Virus record (IMG/VR): IMGVR_UViG_3300033145_003233
Span: 62,001-126,000 of that record
Direction: 5' to 3' (one strand)
DNA length: 64,000 nt
Below are positions 57,709 to 64,000 of the stretch, one piece after another. Below the pieces are notes generated by a model. That model was not told the DNA's origin. It ran no database searches and worked only from the letters and a program-made list of their open reading frames with translations. Position 1 is the first letter of the stretch, and each line of letters begins with the position of its first letter. Position numbers and translations under genes: made by a program.

Positions 57709-60138
57709 TTATAATTTTGGTTTATATTCGTTATAAGTTCTTTTCAATACTCTTACCACTGCTCCCCTACCATGAGATGCATTCATTGCTTTTAAACTTT
57801 TTATATATTGAGCAGTAGCATTTGCATCTTGAAATTTAGGAGAAATCTGTGCCATAAGCTCAAAAAATTTCTCTATCACTTCATCAACATTTCTATTTTC
57901 TTTTATAATTCTTTGTTCTGCTAGTTCTCCGAGGTCATATTTGCCAAACCAAGAAGGTAAACCAGCAGGCTTTTCAGGGATAGCTTCAGGGATAGCTTCA
58001 GGAAGAGCTTCAGGAGGAGCTTCAGGTGCGGCCGCAGGATCAACTATTTCTAATTTCTTTATTTGGGTATTTCTATAACGAGCATTAGTAGGTCCTTTGA
58101 TTCCCTTCACATATATTTCTTCTCCCTGTTGTGCTCCACCCCATGGCTCACGATTAGTAAATAGAATATACTTGCTTGCATCTCGACCCCTAAACTCATT
58201 TAGATAATTAGTATATCCTCCACGCTGGAATGGTCTAGAGCTTACAAACTTAAGATGAGCAGTAAAGGTAGAACCTTCATCTACTTCTGTTATATTGTCT
58301 ACTCCAGCAGGTCCTTCTGGTTCAGGCGTAGGAACAGGAGCAGCTATTTGCTCAGGAGCAGCTACTGGTTCAGGCGTAGGAACAGGAGCAGCTATTTGTT
58401 CAGGAGCAGCTACTGGTTCAGACTCTTGAATCGGTGCAGGCTCTAAAGTAATTTGATTGGCCTCTAAATACATCCTAACCATTGCGAGAAGATTCCTTAA
58501 ATTTTTATCTTTTAATCCTATAGTACTAACAATACTTAAATTAACTTTATTTCTACCATCATCATAATCTTCTAAATCTAAACCCCCAACTTTATCCATC
58601 CACCATCTTCTTGCTTCCTTACCTATTCTAAAATCTTCTTCAGAAATATCGGGGGCCTTTCCATAATACCTCCCTCTCTGTTGCGCATTTGGATCATAAC
58701 CTGGCTTGGCCATTTCGTCCTGTTTCCGTTCATAGGAACGAGCACCTCTCCATAGGCTATTTAATAATCTATAATCTCGATCTTGTGCGGCAGGAGTTCT
58801 TAACAAATGAATAGCAGTAGCAAATAACACATCAGAACCGATACTACCATATCCCCATCCTCCTCCTTTATGTTTCTTCTTAGCTTTTGCTTTTTCATAT
58901 TCTTCTCTATATTTTCTTGCACTATTAACCCATCTTTTAAGATTATTAATTGTTTTTACAGCATCAAATGGATCAATACATTTACCCCCGAATTGTTGTT
59001 GTTGAGCGTTTTCTATATCTTCATCTCTAATAACCTTAACAGGTTGTTGTTCTGTTTGTCCACTTTGTCTATTTGTAACATTTCTCATCATAACTTGCTC
59101 TTGCCCATCTGGTCCTCTCATCGTCTTATTCTTCATTTGAGATTGAGGGACTACAACGCCAACGTAAGTGGCCTTTCTTGCTGTAGCTCCTGCTTTTTTA
59201 ACCTGACAAGCATGACAATATTGAGGAGAACTATACCAGAACTGACCATCTAATGGTGGAGCGCCCTCTAATGCTTCAACTTGATTAAAATATGGGGTTT
59301 CCCTTTTAGTCCTGCTCTGTTCAATAACTCCTCTTAATGGAGAATCAGCAGGTAGGGTTTGAAGATAATGCTGTTGTCTTTCTTCGTCTATAGGTATATG
59401 AGTTATTTTAGCAACTAATCTCACTCCAACAGGTTCATAACCATCAAAATTCCATTTCGTTGAACCGTCCCTTGCTGTTGTTGCCTTATATTTTTTAATT
59501 CTAATTACTTCGGAAGGACTTGGAAGAGTTCCAGATACCTTAACTCTTACAAAATCTTCTTTATATGTTCCATTTTGCCATTTAACTGGTTTAGGATATG
59601 GATCAGAAATTTGAACACTAATCTCAGGATAAAACATGTCCTTTAATCTTTTATTAGTCGTGTTTAGTCTTTTAATTAAAGTATTAACTCTGGCAGATGG
59701 AATCTCGAATGTCTCTAATAATGTTGGGTCAGAAGTTACTTTTTCTTCTAAACTAGGAGGAGTGTCTAACTGTTGAGTTAATGGAGCGCCTCCCACTTCT
59801 TCGTCTGCTGCCCCTTGCTCTCCTTCCTTCCCATCAGGCTCAATTACCTCTTCAGGAGGAGCCTGTGCTCTCTGTACATCAACCGGAGTAGGAACAGGCT
59901 CTTCTCCTACATCCATTCCTTGTAAATGAGTCATTAATCCATTGGGATCTCCTACAAGACCCCATAATTGAGGGTCCCTAAAAGCAGGATCTTCTATTGA
60001 CATTTCTCCTATAAATTGATTAATAATTTGAACAACATCTCCACCTTCTTGCAATGATTGCAACGCTTTATTTCTTATATCTGCTTTAGATGCTTCTTTG
60101 CCAAAAATACTCTTTGTTCTTTGTCTATACCAATTCAT
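57709..60138 (-). CDS. Large MNWYR-family protein with Pro/Ala-rich repeats
   Basis: MNWYRQR start; CHAC motif; PEPVAAPEQIAAPVPT repeats. Confidence 0.75.
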   Translation of the reverse strand: MNWYRQRTKSIFGKEASKADIRNKALQSLQEGGDVVQIINQFIGEMSIEDPAFRDPQLWGLVGDPNGLMTHLQGMDVGEEPVPTPVDVQRAQAPPEEVIEPDGKEGEQGAADEEVGGAPLTQQLDTPPSLEEKVTSDPTLLETFEIPSARVNTLIKRLNTTNKRLKDMFYPEISVQISDPYPKPVKWQNGTYKEDFVRVKVSGTLPSPSEVIRIKKYKATTARDGSTKWNFDGYEPVGVRLVAKITHIPIDEERQQHYLQTLPADSPLRGVIEQSRTKRETPYFNQVEALEGAPPLDGQFWYSSPQYCHACQVKKAGATARKATYVGVVVPQSQMKNKTMRGPDGQEQVMMRNVTNRQSGQTEQQPVKVIRDEDIENAQQQQFGGKCIDPFDAVKTINNLKRWVNSARKYREEYEKAKAKKKHKGGGWGYGSIGSDVLFATAIHLLRTPAAQDRDYRLLNSLWRGARSYERKQDEMAKPGYDPNAQQRGRYYGKAPDISEEDFRIGKEARRWWMDKVGGLDLEDYDDGRNKVNLSIVSTIGLKDKNLRNLLAMVRMYLEANQITLEPAPIQESEPVAAPEQIAAPVPTPEPVAAPEQIAAPVPTPEPEGPAGVDNITEVDEGSTFTAHLKFVSSRPFQRGGYTNYLNEFRGRDASKYILFTNREPWGGAQQGEEIYVKGIKGPTNARYRNTQIKKLEIVDPAAAPEAPPEALPEAIPEAIPEKPAGLPSWFGKYDLGELAEQRIIKENRNVDEVIEKFFELMAQISPKFQDANATAQYIKSLKAMNASHGRGAVVRVLKRTYNEYKPKL
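57973..58026. repeat. 12-bp tandem repeat within CDS (PEAx)
   Basis: TTCAGG(GAT/AAG/AGG)AGC x4.5. Confidence 0.8.
58319..58421. repeat. 48-bp tandem duplication within CDS
   Basis: GGTTCAGGCGTAGGAACAGGAGCAGCTATTTG(C/T)TCAGGAGCAGCTACT x2 plus a partial copy. Confidence 0.85.
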
Positions 60139-60265
60139 TTAGATATCCCTTACTGTAATCGCACACTGTCTGTAGAAATATGTTTCTATATTCGATAAAA
60201 ATCTCCAAAATCCTATATATATTTCTGAAAGGATTTTTATACCATAAAAACGAATAATAAGTATT

Positions 60266-61255
60266 ATGATAGGGAAATTATTACAACCTCTGAATTCTCT
60301 ACAATTGCCATCAAACCTTTTCATTGCTAGCGATAATCCTATCACTGAATATGATAGAATATGGATTAGAGATAATCTATATAGCGCCCTAGCTTATGAG
60401 GCAACTGGACAACAAAAAATAGTAGAAAAAATATACCACGCCCTACTAGACCTCTTCCTTAAATTTGAATGGAAAATTGATGAAGTAATACGAGAAAAAC
60501 CAACAGAAGACTATAAATTTCTACATCCTATGTACACAAAAGACCTAGAAGAAATAACAGCAGGATGGGGATGGAAACAAAATGATACAATTGGTGGATT
60601 TTTATACCATATAGGAAAATTGTGGGATAAAAAATATAATGTTATTAGAAATGGTATAGATCTAAAAATAATTAATAAACTTGCACGTTATCTAGAATCT
60701 ATACAATACTGGGAAGATGAAGATAATGGGATGTGGGAAGAGAACAAAGAAATTCATGCCTCTTCAGTAGGAGCATGTGTAGCAGGATTGAAGTCAGTAA
60801 GTAACCTCATCCATATTCCTCATGAGGTAATTGCAAATGGAGAAAAAACACTAACACAACTCCTTCCAAGAGAATCTCAGGAAAAACCAGTTGATCTATC
60901 TCTTCTAAGTCTTATATGTCCATATCAAATTACAACTCTTAAACAAACATATCAAATTCTTCAAAATATAGAAACTTATCTAATTAGAAAAAAAGGATCA
61001 ATTAGATATATAGGAGATAAATATTATATGGAAAATGATATAGAGGCAAGCTGGACTATGGGGCTACCATGGTTAGCGATATGTTATTATCTTTTGAAAG
61101 ACTTTGACAAATACAATCATTATATAGCAATGTCTATTGAGTGTCTTAATAGAAGAATGGAAATGCCAGAATTATATAAGGAAGATAAAATTCCCAATGA
61201 GAATACTCCATTAGGATGGCCCCAATCATTACTAATTGTAGCTCTTAGTTTATAG
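60266..61255 (+). CDS. Glycoside hydrolase family 15-like (glucoamylase / phosphorylase-kinase-like) protein
   Basis: WIRDN, GMWEE...HASSVGAC.AGL, PLGWPQS. Confidence 0.75.
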   Translation: MIGKLLQPLNSLQLPSNLFIASDNPITEYDRIWIRDNLYSALAYEATGQQKIVEKIYHALLDLFLKFEWKIDEVIREKPTEDYKFLHPMYTKDLEEITAGWGWKQNDTIGGFLYHIGKLWDKKYNVIRNGIDLKIINKLARYLESIQYWEDEDNGMWEENKEIHASSVGACVAGLKSVSNLIHIPHEVIANGEKTLTQLLPRESQEKPVDLSLLSLICPYQITTLKQTYQILQNIETYLIRKKGSIRYIGDKYYMENDIEASWTMGLPWLAICYYLLKDFDKYNHYIAMSIECLNRRMEMPELYKEDKIPNENTPLGWPQSLLIVALSL

Positions 61256-61654
61256 CTATTTAGACCAATGTTTGGGAGTTTTTGTGTGTTTTCTGCGATA
61301 GAGATTAGTTTCATATTTAGGAGGAGAATGACCATTACAAATTGGAGACTCTTTTCTATACGTCCTTCTCTGGGGAGTTCTATTCCTAAATTTTCTCCAA
61401 TCTCTTCTATATTGTAAATTATACATAGCCCTTCTACTATCCCAACTATGAGCACAATTATAAGTATTATAAGGGTGTTGCCTAATCACACGAGGGGAAT
61501 AACCGCTACGATTTTTTCTATTTTGAATTAGTTTTCTTTGAGCAACCGTCCGTCTATCTTTTAATAGTCTTCTTCGTCTGGTTCTTTTGGACTCTCCAGA
61601 AGCCACAGATGGAAGAAGTAGTAAAATCATGATAAATAAAAATGTCTTTTTCAT
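61256..61654 (-). CDS. Secreted Arg-rich hypothetical protein
   Basis: MKKTFLFIMILLLLPSVASG signal peptide; ATG at 61654 (the longer tracked ORF reads through the upstream RNA-like region). Confidence 0.55.
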   Translation of the reverse strand: MKKTFLFIMILLLLPSVASGESKRTRRRRLLKDRRTVAQRKLIQNRKNRSGYSPRVIRQHPYNTYNCAHSWDSRRAMYNLQYRRDWRKFRNRTPQRRTYRKESPICNGHSPPKYETNLYRRKHTKTPKHWSK

Positions 61655-61664
61655 TATTGTCCTT

Positions 61665-62051
61665 TCAAAAAATAGAAAGCAGGCAGGAATCTTCTCTGTA
61701 ATATGCCTTGCGGCTATTATCCTGCTGCAACAGATTGCCCGAGTACACGCTTTCAGCCGTCCGTCGGTACACGCCTTCCACGCCGCTGCTTCCCTAAAAC
61801 ATCCTAAAAGTAGGCAGTTGGTTTGCCTCCTATCTCCACAAGGGAAATAGGGATAAAATTTAACACTGCAACCTTTTTCAGCGGTAAAGACGCAAGTATC
61901 CAAAAGCCACTAAGGAACGGCAATCTCCACAAGTCAGGCTACCACACCACTACTTTCAAGAAATATCAATTTTTTAATGAACTATCTAAAAAGAAAGCAT
62001 CAAACTGAAGTGCTCCAGCCTGATGCTTTCCGGAGGGGAGAAAACTCTTTC
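61665..62051 (-). ncRNA. Candidate large structured ncRNA (~390 nt)
   Basis: GC-enriched island without a credible ORF, behind a sigma70 promoter; several hairpins, GNRA-type loops and internal direct repeats. Confidence 0.5.
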
Positions 62052-62057
62052 ACTAAT

Positions 62058-62086
62058 AATATACAAAGAATCCCCCGAAAAGTCAA
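62058..62086 (-). promoter_or_regulatory. Sigma70 promoter
   Basis: TTGACT-N17-TATATT on the minus strand. Confidence 0.7.
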
Positions 62087-62144
62087 GAGAAAAATAAAAA
62101 ATATTTAAAATTTTAAGTGCCTATAGAATAAAGAGTTATAAAAA

Positions 62145-62627
62145 TCACAATATTAATATTTCCCATCTATTATGAATCATACTATTTTCAACACATTTTG
62201 AGCAAGCATATGCCTTAGGAAAGTTATAGTGATTTTCAATCATTTCCTCGATTAAAAAATACTTTTTACAACTATTACAGAGATCATGATCGGGAGAAAA
62301 TTTTTCTGGGTTTAAACCAACACAGGTTTCACAATAATAACCATCATAATCAATCATTTCTTCAATTAAAAATCTCTCTATACAGCTATTACAATACTGG
62401 TAATCTGAAGATGATTTTTCTGGCATTAAATGGACACAATCCGAACAATAATAATAACCGTCACAATGATCATAATATAAATATTCTTTATATATTATTG
62501 TTCCTCAATTTGAGCAGTCTCCATAATCCTCTATCATAAAAGAGCATCTAAGACAACCATCATCTTTACAATGCCTAATATGTAGTATGTCATCTTCTTC
62601 TGAAAGATATCTATCAGGTACTTCCAT
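62145..62627 (-). CDS. Multi-CxxC Zn-finger repeat protein with in-frame TGA at 62505-62507
   Basis: MEVPDRY...CSN*GT...CSDC...CNSC...CETC...CNSC...CSKC...NRWEILIL; all one frame. Confidence 0.55.
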
Positions 62628-62952
62628 AAGCTTTCATCCTATATATAGCATCATACGTTAATTGATCCTTTATATATTGTCCACAATCCTCCCACTTTGC
62701 AACAGAAAAATTGTCAAAATTCTTAATATGATAAAAAGGGTCTACATCGCATTTCATCTCTCCACAAGCTATTTTTATACAAAAAGCATATCCCATGCTA
62801 TTATCAAGCAACTCAAAATATATATAAAGAAGAGTTTTATCTTCAACCTGATATACCTCCCACTCTTGCCCTTCGATAAAGAAGCTTGTAAGATATTGAT
62901 CTGAAGAAATAAGTTTCAATTCTTCTAAATGCTTTTTAACTAAATTTTCCAT
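62614..62952 (-). CDS. Hypothetical protein
   Basis: 112 aa ORF. Confidence 0.55.
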   Translation of the reverse strand: MENLVKKHLEELKLISSDQYLTSFFIEGQEWEVYQVEDKTLLYIYFELLDNSMGYAFCIKIACGEMKCDVDPFYHIKNFDNFSVAKWEDCGQYIKDQLTYDAIYRMKAYGST

Positions 62953-63730
62953 TTATAAAAGGATTGTCCCTCCATATAACATGATTTTTATCAACTCTAT
63001 CTTTGAAATTTTTAGCCATCTTTTTGTAATCTCCTGGTAATATTTTTTTGGGAAGAATATATGTAATGGGATCACTCACAAAATGGGACCAGACATATTT
63101 GAAATTATCTTTATCTATTTGTTGCAAAAAAGATTCTTTCCATATCTTAGAAAAATATTTATTACAACTAATTCTATCATAATGACCATGATATTTGTTC
63201 ACAAATCCTATTTTATCAACATGTAAGGTATACATGTAAAAAGCATAAAAAAAAGTTAGCATGTGACAAGTTTCTGTCCACCACCATGAAACACGGTCAA
63301 AATTAGTATATACCGGGAAGCACACTTTAAAAGCATCAGAATGAAAAGCTAATAAAATAGTGGTTTGATGTTCTATTTTATTAATAAAGTTATAGTAAAC
63401 AGTTCCAATAGCAGGTTGGTACTCTAATAAAAAATCATCAAATATTTGCCATGGATTCTTTCCCTCATCTTCAGGATATTTATCTTTTCTAATACGTAAT
63501 TCAAGGTCATTCTCCAAACAAACATAATATAAATATTTCTTAGGAACTATCTCTGCTAATTTATTTTTACCTTCCCAGCATGTGCTATTAGGAAAAAATA
63601 TACTATTTTTATACTCTACTGGCTTCTTCCACGATAAAATATATACGTCCCTTCCCATCTCTTCTAATGTTTTAACATATTTAGGGATATAGTCTGAAGT
63701 CTGAACTAGATATGCTATTTCTTTAGCCAT
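62936..63730 (-). CDS. Hypothetical protein, possibly glycosyltransferase-like
   Basis: 264 aa ORF; YVCLEND resembles a DxD-type segment (weak). Confidence 0.55.
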   Translation of the reverse strand: MAKEIAYLVQTSDYIPKYVKTLEEMGRDVYILSWKKPVEYKNSIFFPNSTCWEGKNKLAEIVPKKYLYYVCLENDLELRIRKDKYPEDEGKNPWQIFDDFLLEYQPAIGTVYYNFINKIEHQTTILLAFHSDAFKVCFPVYTNFDRVSWWWTETCHMLTFFYAFYMYTLHVDKIGFVNKYHGHYDRISCNKYFSKIWKESFLQQIDKDNFKYVWSHFVSDPITYILPKKILPGDYKKMAKNFKDRVDKNHVIWRDNPFINGKFS

Positions 63731-64000
63731 TTATAAAAGGGTTATTCTTCCAAATATTATGATCTTTTTTTACTCTTTTTTTGAAATCCTCTGCTAATTC
63801 CAAATATTCTCCAGGATAAGGTTTTTTATATTTAATACCAGTAGAGGATCTACCATTCCTACATTTAAATCCTTCATCTATTTTTTTCTTATCTTCTTCA
63901 TATAATAAAGAAGTTTTATAGAACTTATCCCAGAAATATCTTCTACGATATTTAACTCTTCCACCTCTATGAAGCCCATTCTCCCAACAGATATCAAAAA
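63723..64000 (-). CDS. Partial CDS, paralog of 62936..63730 (5' end outside the window)
   Basis: Ends PGEYLELAEDFK...HNIWKNNPFING, versus PGDYKKMAKNFK...HVIWRDNPFING. Confidence 0.6.
   Translation of the reverse strand, partial: FDICWENGLHRGGRVKYRRRYFWDKFYKTSLLYEEDKKKIDEGFKCRNGRSSTGIKYKKPYPGEYLELAEDFKKRVKKDHNIWKNNPFING

Noticed and set aside
57973-58421. Tandem repeats as a CRISPR array
   Set aside because: In-frame 12-bp and 48-bp units that encode Pro/Ala-rich linkers, with no unique spacers.
61655-61903. N-terminal extension of the 215-aa ORF 61256..61903, and ORFs 61587..61850 and 61823..62008
   Set aside because: Composition is atypical for this genome; the credible start is the signal-peptide ATG at 61654 and the region looks like structured RNA.
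1-64000. Genome-wide stop-codon reassignment (code 15 or code 4/25)
   Set aside because: TAG cleanly ends genes at family-typical C-termini (e.g. vWA 13256, PP2C 14206, 27791, 54464) and TGA ends others; long ORFs are intact under code 11. Only isolated in-frame stops occur.
1-64000. Bacterial chromosome or plasmid origin
   Set aside because: No housekeeping operons; the dense small hypothetical ORFs, free-standing HNH genes, isolated tRNAs and motif-tagged gene arrays fit a large phage better, though no hallmark structural gene is in the window to prove it.

Overview
AT-rich, densely coded segment that is most likely part of a large (jumbo-type) dsDNA phage genome, read in the standard genetic code 11 (TAA, TAG and TGA all end genes). 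Phage origin is inferred from the many short hypothetical ORFs, three free-standing HNH endonucleases, two tRNAs (Gly-GCC, Gln-CTG), NAD-dependent DNA ligase, RNase H, DNA methyltransferase and a virion-type lytic transglycosylase; no capsid, terminase or polymerase gene lies in the window. An exported beta-barrel protein and several lipoprotein/secreted proteins point to a diderm host. Notable blocks: (1) a radical SAM/SPASM-twitch gene followed by 11 tandem genes that share only an N-terminal MKIRxGF(V/I)SNSSxxSF peptide (25.4-31.8 kb); (2) seven minus-strand genes sharing an N-terminal MNW(Y/H)K/R motif, probably virion-packaged proteins (51.9-60.1 kb); (3) a nicotinamidase-vWA-PP2C-AAA/M41 protease-kinase locus resembling the TerY-P triad (11.6-17.9 kb); (4) a glycan-modification cluster with three paralogous methyltransferases (18.5-25.3 kb); (5) two promoter-driven candidate structured ncRNAs (about 4.40-4.56 kb and 61.67-62.05 kb); (6) a GHKL ATPase + RHH/HNH cassette lying between two copies of the DUF3326 5' end; (7) a solo tnpB element whose right end overlaps the 3' end of rnhA; (8) several recurrent promoter classes. 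Three in-frame stops at motif positions (two TAG at likely Trp sites, one TGA at a likely Cys site) and two homopolymer frame breaks could be biology or assembly errors. All family assignments come from motif recognition by eye, not database searches.
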